DNA from: Bdellovibrionales bacterium
Lineage (GTDB): Bacteria; Bdellovibrionota; Bdellovibrionia; Bdellovibrionales; UBA1609
Reading direction: 5' to 3'
NCBI GenBank assembly: GCA_050250515.1
Contig: JBFWON010000005.1
Span: forward strand, 968-64,967
DNA: 64,000 nucleotides
In this document: positions 20,138 through 28,453 of the stretch, in pieces
Layout of the letters: each line of letters begins with the position of its first letter
Position numbering within the stretch: the first letter of the stretch is position 1
The notes under the pieces: generated by a model
What the model was told of the DNA's origin: nothing
Seen by the model: the letters and a program-made list of their open reading frames with translations, nothing else
The model's database searches: none
Translations under genes and position numbers: made by a program

Positions 20138-22827
20138 ACTGGAAGATCGTTCTTCTTTTACCGTTAGTGGCCGCTTTAAACGCGTCGGCGCTGCAAGCGC
20201 GTGATCTGATTAAAGAAGCCGAAGAGGTTTTAGGTGAATTGAAGGACACCGATCCAGAAAAGCGCCCGGTCAGTCTTAGGCTAGCCGATTTACTCTTTGA
20301 TGCCGCTCTCGAGCTGGACGCCGATGCCACTTCGGGAGATGCGGAACGAGCCGAGGCGGATCAGTATCGTGACCGGGCACAAAGTCTTTATTCGGCCGCA
20401 TTGCCTCACCTGTCCAGTGCGGCAAAATTGCGAGTGCAATTTCAGCTTGCGCGCCTGCACACTTTTAAAGCGGAGGTTATGGAGGCCAACAGTCTTTGGC
20501 GGCAGATTTTTGAGACCGAAGGGGATGCACGCCTCCGTCGCGAAGCGGCCTTGCATTGGGCTGAACAGCTTGAGCAAGACAATGATCCCAAGTCCATTCG
20601 GCAAGCCGCCGATTTATATGAAAAATCACTTCCGCTGGCGGATCGAGATAGTTTGCGAGCCTATATACTGTACCGTCATTCATGGGCTCGATATCGTCTT
20701 GGAGAGTCCGATCGGGCTGTGGACCTAGTCTTAAAGGGGATTCCCTTGGCCCACAAAAAAGAGCGCGAAGATTTTTTTCGCGACCTCATCCTTTTTATGT
20801 CTCGACAGAGGAGGCCGGCGGCCGAGCAAGTCGCTCTGCTCGAAAAATTGCAAAAGGATTTTGACAGAGAAAAATTGGTCGATCAGTTGATCGAGGGATA
20901 TTTAAGTGTGGATCGAAAGCTCGACTATGTTTGGGCCATGCAGCACTTAAACAAGCGGTCGCCAACACTTGAGCGCACCATCGCAATGCTAGATGCCGCC
21001 CACGATGGCTTAAGTGGTGAGCAAGTGAGCTCGCACCTCGCCGAAATTCGAGGCGCCTACGATCAGGGCCTAAGATTTAAAACGCCTGAAAGCGAGACCA
21101 AGTCAAAAAATCAGCTGTTTCGCCTGGTTCATCTTTGGGATGGAAATCGTCGGGCCAAGAAGGTCGGTGCGGATGAGCTCTTCACCGATGGTGTGAACAC
21201 GATGACCCTGATTTTTACGTCGGCGGATGAAACCAAGAAGTCTATCGAGGGATGGCTCGCGGCCCATGATGACCTATCTAGGCGGCGCGCTCAGGTGGAT
21301 CACTGGCTGGCTTTAGCTACAAAATCATTCTACAAGCCTTTGGTTGTTCAACTGGTGCAGAACAAGATTGAATTGGCTCGACGAGCCAAGGATTGGACTG
21401 TGGTCGTGGCCGAGACCAAGCATCTTGAGGAGCTGACCGCCGCGCAAGAGCGCCCGGTTCGCTATCAGCAGGCCAAGGCTCTTTACGAGTTGAAACAATA
21501 TAAAGAGGCGCTTCCGATCTTTGTTAGTTTGGCTGAAGAGGACTCGAAGGCTAAAGACGATTTACAAAAGTTAAGCCAGGATCTCGTTCTCGATATTTTA
21601 GCTATTCAGAAGGATTATCCTCGAATTCAGTTTTATACGGCAAAATGGCAGCCAACGGGTGAGCGAGGGGATGAGCTCAAGTCCATCGGTGAAAAAGCTA
21701 AGTTCGAGCAAGCGGTGGCGGAGCAGAGCGCAGCGAGTCTCACCGTATTTAAAGATTTTTGTATAGCGGAGAAGTTCAAGCCCCAATCCTGTGACAACGC
21801 CAAGTCATTGGCTTTGAAACTAAAAGAACAGGGCACCCTAATCGCCGTACTTAAAGCCGACGGACAAGACGACGAGTTGGCTAAGCAGCTTGAAGTCGCC
21901 GGACGATTTGCGGAAAGTGCGCGCGTACTCGAGAAAACATGGAGTCCACCGGATCGAATGGCGGGTTTGAAAATTGCGTTGCTCTTTGAGCTTCAGGGAG
22001 ATTGGTCCGAGCGAGATCGAGTGCTCAAGACCTTGACCGACCACTGGAATAAGGATGCAGAAACTCCTGAAACGGAACAGGCTTTACTCTTTAAAACTTT
22101 GAGTGACGCCGGTCTTTTGACCGAATCCAGTTTGGAATTGCCGTGGAGTGAGGCGCGCAAGTTGAAGCTTGCGTCGCGGCTCTATGACGAAAAGTCGTCC
22201 CCAGTCGCGGAAAAGATTTTGGCCAAGACATGCGAGGTCGGCGGTCCGGGTTGGGAGCGTCTGCATCTGAAGGCCATGAAGAGCACCTTTCAAGAGCAGG
22301 CCAAGATTAACGATTTCACGGGTGCGAAGTCGAAGCGGAACTTTGAAAAGCGAGTCGCCTTGCTAAAGACTTTAGGTGAGCAGACGAATTGCTTCAAGCA
22401 AAGTGCGACACCAGAACTCGCGCGCGCGGCGACGGTCAAAGTCGCGTCTTCTTATAAGGGGTTTGCCGAACAGATTCGCTCCACTCCCGTGCCAGAAGAT
22501 TTGGATGAAGAGACCTTAGCGCAAGTCAAAGGTCAGATTGAAACCATGGCCAGCCCTTTTGAAAAGCAGGGTGAGAAGTGGCAAAGCCAGGCGGATGACA
22601 TCGTCGCCGCCGACATGCCCTCCGAGTGGGACTACGAAGCGGCACAAGTTCCAGCGTCACAAAAGACGGCTTTAAAATTTGATTGGCAGCCATACCTCGA
22701 GCAAATTCAAAAGACGCCGTTTGATAAAATGCAATACGCGAGTTTGAAAGATCACCTCGAAAGGGTGGGCTTTGATCGACTGGCCGCCTATGTGAATGGG
22801 CGCATGCAAGACATGGGGGTCCAATGA
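20134..22827 (+). CDS. large secreted helical-repeat (TPR-like) protein
   Basis: 897 aa. Signal peptide MNWKIVLLLPLVAALNASA. Leu/Ala/Glu/Lys-rich repeat character. 4-nt overlaps with the neighbouring genes on both sides. Confidence 0.6.
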   Translation: MNWKIVLLLPLVAALNASALQARDLIKEAEEVLGELKDTDPEKRPVSLRLADLLFDAALELDADATSGDAERAEADQYRDRAQSLYSAALPHLSSAAKLRVQFQLARLHTFKAEVMEANSLWRQIFETEGDARLRREAALHWAEQLEQDNDPKSIRQAADLYEKSLPLADRDSLRAYILYRHSWARYRLGESDRAVDLVLKGIPLAHKKEREDFFRDLILFMSRQRRPAAEQVALLEKLQKDFDREKLVDQLIEGYLSVDRKLDYVWAMQHLNKRSPTLERTIAMLDAAHDGLSGEQVSSHLAEIRGAYDQGLRFKTPESETKSKNQLFRLVHLWDGNRRAKKVGADELFTDGVNTMTLIFTSADETKKSIEGWLAAHDDLSRRRAQVDHWLALATKSFYKPLVVQLVQNKIELARRAKDWTVVVAETKHLEELTAAQERPVRYQQAKALYELKQYKEALPIFVSLAEEDSKAKDDLQKLSQDLVLDILAIQKDYPRIQFYTAKWQPTGERGDELKSIGEKAKFEQAVAEQSAASLTVFKDFCIAEKFKPQSCDNAKSLALKLKEQGTLIAVLKADGQDDELAKQLEVAGRFAESARVLEKTWSPPDRMAGLKIALLFELQGDWSERDRVLKTLTDHWNKDAETPETEQALLFKTLSDAGLLTESSLELPWSEARKLKLASRLYDEKSSPVAEKILAKTCEVGGPGWERLHLKAMKSTFQEQAKINDFTGAKSKRNFEKRVALLKTLGEQTNCFKQSATPELARAATVKVASSYKGFAEQIRSTPVPEDLDEETLAQVKGQIETMASPFEKQGEKWQSQADDIVAADMPSEWDYEAAQVPASQKTALKFDWQPYLEQIQKTPFDKMQYASLKDHLERVGFDRLAAYVNGRMQDMGVQ

Positions 22828-23075
22828 AGATTTTGATTTTGGCCTCACTCCTTTTTTTGCAGCTGTCGGCTGAAGCCGCTAAACCTCGAGTGAAAAAATC
22901 GAAAGAGAACACCAAGAGCCACAATTTTGACTCGCAAGTCGTTGAGGGTGAGATTTATCGGCCCGACTACAGTGTGGTTACGGGGGAAGCTCCTGGAGAA
23001 GGTTGGGGCGTTCTTCGTTTACGTGCGGATTTTGATGATCACAATGAAACCGATAAGCAGGAGAAACGACGTTGA
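22824..23075 (+). CDS. small secreted protein (GltF-like position)
   Basis: 83 aa. Signal peptide MKILILASLLFLQLSAEA. 4-nt overlaps on both sides argue for real translation. Confidence 0.5.
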   Translation: MKILILASLLFLQLSAEAAKPRVKKSKENTKSHNFDSQVVEGEIYRPDYSVVTGEAPGEGWGVLRLRADFDDHNETDKQEKRR

Positions 23076-24244
23076 TTCGAATCACGAATGAAGACGGTCA
23101 ACCGATTCGGGCCTTTCGGGAAGAGGCGGAGCAGCGGATCCTTTTGGACGACCGCTTGGGTTTCGTCAGTGCAGCCTCTGGAGAGCGGCGAACTCGCCTT
23201 AGAAAGGCGGCCGGCGCTTGGACCTCAGAGACAGTGCCGAAGTGTGAATTCAAATTGCACTTTGTGAATGGCGCCGTCGATGTGGAAGGCCTGAAAGGTG
23301 CCAAAGTCACCAAGCAGGCGGGCCGGGTCCAACTTGTCACTGATCGCGGCATTTATTTTGTTGAATCTATCCAGGAAGCACCTGCGGGGGTTTTGTCACC
23401 TGAACCCAAGGACAAGCGCGAGGCCTCTCCGCTTCTGATTCTATTGGCGCTTTTGTTTTTGGTGGGCGGAGTGATCGCTCTTTGGCCGGCGGCACCTCCC
23501 GAGGAGAAAAAGGCCGAGGAAGTGATCAGTCAGCCAGTCGTCTTAAAGCCGATGGCACCGGTTGTGCGCGCCAAATCAAAAGATCGAATTCCACCGGATC
23601 CTAAACTCAAGGCGAAGAAGGTCGTGGCCAAGCAGCTTGGGTTTTTAGGCCTCTTAGGCAAAAAGGACTTTCGAAAAGCGGTGGGGGGACTGCCCACACC
23701 GGCGGCTCAGCGAACTGCGGGAGCGGGCCCGGGCGGAACCGAAGGAAGTGGTGGGGAACTTGTGGCGGGAATGGGTAAGGGACTGCACCAAACCACAATC
23801 GGCAATACGGGAGTGGCCGGTCTGGGTGGCATCGGCACCAAGGGCGCCGGTGGTGGACTTGGTGGCTATGGTGACACCGCCTTTGGGGGAGTGGGATCGG
23901 GCACGCTTTCGGCCGTTCCTCTAGCCAATCAAGCGACCGTGGATCAAGGGTTAGATCGAAGCCAAATCCAAGCCACAATTATGCGCTATTTAAGTCAAGT
24001 TCGTGCTTGCTACGAAGAGGGCTTGAAGCGGGATCAGTCACTGATCGGCCAGGTGACGATGAATTTTGAAATCAACGGCACCGGCAACCTGAATTTTGCC
24101 CGTGTGGGGCGTTCAAGTCTGAATGATCGTCCCGTGGAATCTTGTATTTCAATGAAGATGATGAATTGGAAATTTCCCGAGCCTCGTGGTGGTGTGAACG
24201 TTAAAGTCAGCTACCCATTTATGCTCAGACCTGTGAAGTCATAA
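23072..24244 (+). CDS. TM protein with Gly-rich linker and TonB-C / AgmX-PglI-type C-terminal domain
   Basis: 390 aa. TM helix LLILLALLFLVGGVIALW, Lys/Pro region, Gly-rich tract. The C-terminus, LDRSQIQATIMRYLSQVRACYEEGL...VTMNFEINGTGNL...CISMKMMNWKFPEPRGGVNVKVSYPFMLRP, is like the AgmX/PglI tail domain. Confidence 0.65.
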   Translation: MIRITNEDGQPIRAFREEAEQRILLDDRLGFVSAASGERRTRLRKAAGAWTSETVPKCEFKLHFVNGAVDVEGLKGAKVTKQAGRVQLVTDRGIYFVESIQEAPAGVLSPEPKDKREASPLLILLALLFLVGGVIALWPAAPPEEKKAEEVISQPVVLKPMAPVVRAKSKDRIPPDPKLKAKKVVAKQLGFLGLLGKKDFRKAVGGLPTPAAQRTAGAGPGGTEGSGGELVAGMGKGLHQTTIGNTGVAGLGGIGTKGAGGGLGGYGDTAFGGVGSGTLSAVPLANQATVDQGLDRSQIQATIMRYLSQVRACYEEGLKRDQSLIGQVTMNFEINGTGNLNFARVGRSSLNDRPVESCISMKMMNWKFPEPRGGVNVKVSYPFMLRPVKS

Positions 24245-24254
24245 GGAGATCGTT

Positions 24255-25394
24255 ATGAGAAAGTTCACCTGTTGGATGGCCCTGTTGATGATCGCATCGG
24301 CCTGTCAGCAAAATCCGTACAAAGGCACTCCGGAAGCACAGGACCCGGCCAATAAGCCTGAAAAGCCGGCGCCTCAGCCGGAGCCAGAACCCGAGCCGGA
24401 ACCCGAGCCAGATCCCGATCCAAGTGGTTCGCTGGCTTTGGATATTGATGAAGAGATGTATTTTACTGAGGGCCAGAAGGCCGAATACATCGTTCAAGGG
24501 TCGGTTAAAACTCCGGGAAAGCCCATTATTGAATTTGTCGGTCTTCCCAACGGTGTGACTTATGATCATCAAAATTCAAAATTAGTTTGGACTCCGGATT
24601 ACCAAGCGGCCAACGATCCGAGTAATCCGCTGATCACAGTTCGACGCTATCCAATCAAAGTGAAGGTGCACAGTGATGTGAACCCGGGTGAGGAAATGTC
24701 ACGCTCGGCTTCATTGTTTGTGCAAGACACGCCTTTGCCTGCCGAAGTAAAATCGGGCCTTGAGCAGCGCACGGAAGAAGGACAACTTCTCACCCACACC
24801 ATTGAATTTGTTGATAACGAATTTCCGACGGGCCCCTTTGAAGTCGCCTTCATTGGGCTCCCGGACGGAGCTGTGATGACTTGGCCGAATCCCAGTATTC
24901 CCAAGTTTATTCTTCGATGGACGCCTCAGCATAACTTGATTATCAATAAAGCCTTTGAGGACTTTCCCATCCATGTGGCCCTATTCAATCCGCGCGGCCG
25001 CCGCCTCGAGTTCGACTTAATCTGGCATGTGGCTAATAAACTGGCGCCACCGGTTGTGGTGGCTCCAAGAGTGGTCAATCAGGACAGTGCGATCAATTTT
25101 TCCACTTTGGCCATGGACGTGAATGGTGAAGAGTCACCCCGCTGGGCGGTTCAGCGTCTACCACCCTACGGACAGTTTTCGGTCAGCACCGATCTTTTGA
25201 CGGTGAATCCGGGTGAATTGCCTCGCAGCGGAGGCATAGTCTCTTGGACCGGTATTCCTCAAGACAAATTGGGATTGGCCGTCGATGTTCAGATTCGAGC
25301 CTGTGTGAAGTCTTCCACTTGCACCTACAGCACCATTCGACTGACTCCGGGCCTTCCGCCACTGCCAACCTCTCACCAGGGAGCCAAACGATGA
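24255..25394 (+). CDS. lipoprotein with (PE/PD)n spacer and three Ig-like repeats
   Basis: 379 aa. Lipobox IASAC. Spacer PQPEPEPEPEPEPDPDP. A repeated pattern occurs three times: LPNGVTYD...LVWTP, LPDGAVMTW...LRWTP and ...VSWTGIP. Confidence 0.6.
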   Translation: MRKFTCWMALLMIASACQQNPYKGTPEAQDPANKPEKPAPQPEPEPEPEPEPDPDPSGSLALDIDEEMYFTEGQKAEYIVQGSVKTPGKPIIEFVGLPNGVTYDHQNSKLVWTPDYQAANDPSNPLITVRRYPIKVKVHSDVNPGEEMSRSASLFVQDTPLPAEVKSGLEQRTEEGQLLTHTIEFVDNEFPTGPFEVAFIGLPDGAVMTWPNPSIPKFILRWTPQHNLIINKAFEDFPIHVALFNPRGRRLEFDLIWHVANKLAPPVVVAPRVVNQDSAINFSTLAMDVNGEESPRWAVQRLPPYGQFSVSTDLLTVNPGELPRSGGIVSWTGIPQDKLGLAVDVQIRACVKSSTCTYSTIRLTPGLPPLPTSHQGAKR

Positions 25395-26056
25395 GGACGC
25401 TACTCGCCTTACTCTTGGTTTTTTCTTCTTCCAGCTTTGCCACACCAAAATCTTTGGAAAGGGAGCTGAAAGACCTGGATGTGAAAGAGGCCGTTCCCTC
25501 TAGTAAAATCTCGGAGCGCATCTATGCCGTGCAAGAGCGAATCACTCCCTTGCGACACCGATTTGAGATTGGCGTTTCGGCTGCCCAAAACTACACAGGT
25601 TCAAGCTTTTTAGACTCGAGCCAGTTTTCGGGCGAGCTGGGCTTTCACATTACAGATCGTTGGGCGGCCGCCTTGGCCTACAGTCACGTGGTGAATGAAT
25701 TCACCAAGGGCGCACGAAATCTGGCGAACGCTTCGGGATTTCTACCCGACGTGGACTATGCTCTCTCTCGTAAAGAAGCGCGAGCTACCTACAACGCCTT
25801 TTACGGCAAGTTTCGCCTGTCGCGCACGCAAGCTCTTTCTTTTGATCAATATATAGGCTTGGGCGTCGTGCAAAATGACCTTCAATCGGGTCAAGCGATC
25901 GGGCCTGTGGCTGAAATTGGTTTTGCCTTTTGGCTTGGTAAGATGGCGGCCTTTCGACTGGGCGTAAAAGATTACTACTATAGAGAACAAAGTACTCTAT
26001 CAAAGGGGAACACGCACAATGTGCACGGCTATTTGCAGACTGGTCTGCTTTTTTAG
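25391..26056 (+). CDS. small outer-membrane beta-barrel protein (GltH/GltA-like position)
   Basis: Start at ATG 25391 (ATGA overlap with the upstream stop). Signal peptide MRTLLALLLVFSSSSFA. Alternating hydrophobic pattern and a C-terminal ...GYLQTGLLF aromatic terminus. Confidence 0.55.
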   Translation: MRTLLALLLVFSSSSFATPKSLERELKDLDVKEAVPSSKISERIYAVQERITPLRHRFEIGVSAAQNYTGSSFLDSSQFSGELGFHITDRWAAALAYSHVVNEFTKGARNLANASGFLPDVDYALSRKEARATYNAFYGKFRLSRTQALSFDQYIGLGVVQNDLQSGQAIGPVAEIGFAFWLGKMAAFRLGVKDYYYREQSTLSKGNTHNVHGYLQTGLLF

Positions 26057-26717
26057 TTTGCTGGGGATCTCCACTCAAGCTCTGGCGGTGACCCGTCAGG
26101 TCTCGGTGGCCCGCAAACTCTACAAGGAAGGGCAATACCAGAAGGCCGCAGAAATTTACGCAGGGATAGACTCGGACTCGCGTGACTACCTTCGCACCCG
26201 AGAAGAATTGGCCTGGTCTTATTTGCGTGCCGGAGATTGGGCCCAGGTGCGCGGCGTGTTGGCCCATCTCAATTCAACTCTTGTGCCCTTGCGTTTTCGT
26301 CTTGAAGGCCGAGTGATGGCGGCCATGCTTCACCTGAGAGATTGCCAATACGAAGCCGTTAAATCCGAGATGGACAAATTCCAAGAGGAAATGCGGCCGT
26401 TCGTTCGAACGGTGACTCGAATGTCTCGAAAGAGCGACAATCGTGATTATTGGTTGGCGCTTCGGTCCGAAGTCGATGAGGCGCTTTTTAAAATGAAGTT
26501 TGTTCGTATGGAGCTTCGCGGTCGCCTGCTCCTTTTAAGTCGCAATCAAATTGTCGAAGGTCAGTCGACCGCTCCCTTGGTGGAGGAGTTGCCCACTCGC
26601 ACCCAAACCTTTCCCATCACCGATGAACTTTGGGTGGATGAACTCTTCCGAGCGCGTGGTGAGGGCATCAGTGCCTGTGTGGATCTTCACAATCCTGACA
26701 AGAAGGTGACACGATGA
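26019..26717 (+). CDS. secreted TPR-like protein
   Basis: 232 aa. Signal peptide ...FFSLLGISTQALA. KLYKEGQYQKAAEIYAGI...AWSYLRAGDW reads as TPR-type helices. The start is uncertain because it overlaps the upstream gene by 38 nt. Confidence 0.5.
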   Translation: MCTAICRLVCFFSLLGISTQALAVTRQVSVARKLYKEGQYQKAAEIYAGIDSDSRDYLRTREELAWSYLRAGDWAQVRGVLAHLNSTLVPLRFRLEGRVMAAMLHLRDCQYEAVKSEMDKFQEEMRPFVRTVTRMSRKSDNRDYWLALRSEVDEALFKMKFVRMELRGRLLLLSRNQIVEGQSTAPLVEELPTRTQTFPITDELWVDELFRARGEGISACVDLHNPDKKVTR

Positions 26718-27703
26718 GATGGCTCTGCTTATTGGCTCTGGTTTTCACGGTCAGCTGTCAGCGCGATGACAAATACTTGGAAGTCGTTCAGCCCGAGCCT
26801 CCTCCCAAAAAGCCAAGGCCAATTCAACCAAGCGAACCGTCCCGCTTTTCAAAAAATTATCTACTTCACACGACATCCTCGGAAATTTACGCGGTCGACG
26901 TGGATATTATATGGGTTGTGGACAACAGCATAAGTATGGATCCCTATCAGCAAGCTCTGATCGATAATTCATCCGCGTTCATTTCGCAGTTTGCAACTAA
27001 GTCAAAACTCCATTGGAAAATGGGCGTGCTTTCGACGGCCATTCGTGAAAGTCCCTACTTGGGGTTCAACCAGCCCGTGGACTGGCGAACTCCTGGAGCC
27101 ATCAACCTGTTCAATGGCGCCATCAATCGGCTGGGTTTGAACGGCGACACGACGGAGCGCGCTTTTTCACCGATCTTGAGAGCGCTCAACTCTTATCCGA
27201 ATTTCTTGCGCCCAGGGGCTTACTTAGTTCTGATCTTGGTTTCAGATGAAGAGGAACAAAGTGGCATGACCATCCCGGCCTTTCTTCAGGCTCTAGGCAA
27301 CAAGCTGGGGGGAGATACGGACCGGGTCATCACCTATGGTGTTTATGGTCCGGATTCGAATCGAATTAACACGCTCTATGATGATATTGTACAGGCCACC
27401 AATGGAATCGCCTATGACATTACCTCGCCCGATTATGGAATTTTGCTTTCAAATATGGGGCAAGATTTGGTGCAAAAAATTTCGGCTGTTCATCCTGTCA
27501 TCATGCTCGATCAGCAACCGAAGTCGAACACCATTGAAGTGGCTTACAAGGGGCGAAAGCTAATTCGAGGTGTCGCCTCGCATGGTGGAGAGTGGACTTA
27601 TAACCCCAACTACAATTTGATTGAGATCCAAAATCCTGACATTTTGGATCCCAAAGTTTTGGATGTTGAAGTGTCCTTTGAGTTATTGGAGTCCGTAAAC
27701 TGA
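26714..27703 (+). CDS. vWA-domain lipoprotein (CglB-like adhesin candidate)
   Basis: 329 aa. Lipobox FTVSC. VDIIWVVDNSISMDPYQQ contains a DxSxS MIDAS motif, followed by LVLILVSDEEEQS. 4-nt overlap with the upstream gene. Confidence 0.6.
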   Translation: MRWLCLLALVFTVSCQRDDKYLEVVQPEPPPKKPRPIQPSEPSRFSKNYLLHTTSSEIYAVDVDIIWVVDNSISMDPYQQALIDNSSAFISQFATKSKLHWKMGVLSTAIRESPYLGFNQPVDWRTPGAINLFNGAINRLGLNGDTTERAFSPILRALNSYPNFLRPGAYLVLILVSDEEEQSGMTIPAFLQALGNKLGGDTDRVITYGVYGPDSNRINTLYDDIVQATNGIAYDITSPDYGILLSNMGQDLVQKISAVHPVIMLDQQPKSNTIEVAYKGRKLIRGVASHGGEWTYNPNYNLIEIQNPDILDPKVLDVEVSFELLESVN

Positions 27704-27931
27704 TTCGCGAGTTTTCACCTGGCAAATCGGGCAAACCGCATGTTCGACCACGGTTTGCTCAACAAAATCCGTTTTGTGCGAGAATTTGAGGTCCCCGCCA
27801 CAGAGCACGCAATGTAGGTGCTCGTCCACCGATTCATCGATCCATTCGCGCGATTTCATCGAGGGCATCGGCAAATTGATGTCGAGGGTTGTGACGACTT
27901 TGGGTTTTTCATTCTTGTTTGAGGTATCCAT
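27683..27931 (-). CDS. small zinc-ribbon protein
   Basis: 82 aa with CVLCGG...CPICQ (two CxxC pairs). Overlaps the convergent vWA gene by 21 nt. Confidence 0.45.
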   Translation of the reverse strand: MDTSNKNEKPKVVTTLDINLPMPSMKSREWIDESVDEHLHCVLCGGDLKFSHKTDFVEQTVVEHAVCPICQVKTRESVYGLQ

Positions 27932-28057
27932 CCTGGACTCCTTAAGAGCGTTTCACAGTCTCTATCGCCAAAAACGGGTCTCAGATTGAGACTAGTTTTA
28001 CGATTACGCGACGCATAAATCCGATTGCAGATGACCACCTAGACCTAAGCTTTTAGA

Positions 28058-28453
28058 TTGGCGCCCATGTTGGATCCCGTCTTTCGCCAATACCTCCAGG
28101 AAGTGCTGGGCGTAGCGGCGCCTCAGGAAGGCAGTTCCGCGGTGGAGTTGGCGCAGTCCCTATCCGCGCCCGAGGGCGAGCTTCGCACTAAGATCCTGCA
28201 AAGCATCGGCGTAACGGAGGAAGCCGTTCGCGATTGGCCGGAGGGCCCCTGCGGAAGTCTGGTCCTGAAGGATCGGCATTTTTTGAGTTTTGATTCCCAC
28301 GCACCCATCGGCCGCCAGTCGTTAGACGGTTTGGTCCGATGGAATCTGCCCTCGCTCAAAGACATGTTGGGCGAAGGTGTCGAGGTGCAAAATCGAAAAC
28401 GCCAGGCTTGGCACTGGTTACAACAACTGAAGCAGGAGCTTTCGACGGTATGA
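28058..28453 (+). CDS. hypothetical protein coupled to nfeD
   Basis: 131 aa. Its stop overlaps the NfeD start (ATGA at 28450-28453). I am not confident of any family assignment. Confidence 0.45.
   Translation: MAPMLDPVFRQYLQEVLGVAAPQEGSSAVELAQSLSAPEGELRTKILQSIGVTEEAVRDWPEGPCGSLVLKDRHFLSFDSHAPIGRQSLDGLVRWNLPSLKDMLGEGVEVQNRKRQAWHWLQQLKQELSTV

Noticed and set aside
18443-27703. Interpretation of the cluster as a canonical Tol-Pal system
   Set aside because: There is no TolB beta-propeller and no Pal/OmpA-like peptidoglycan-binding lipoprotein. There are two TolR paralogues plus large TPR and vWA components, so the composition fits Agl-Glt-like systems better.
28339-28449. N-terminal extensions of track ORFs (NfeD from 28339, OM barrel from 25244, cdnL from 10732, VOC from 36365, antitoxin from 58094, EmrA from 52559)
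   Set aside because: In each case an internal ATG gives a proper signal peptide or domain start. It also has either an SD or an ATGA/TAATG coupling to the upstream gene. The extensions overlap upstream genes.
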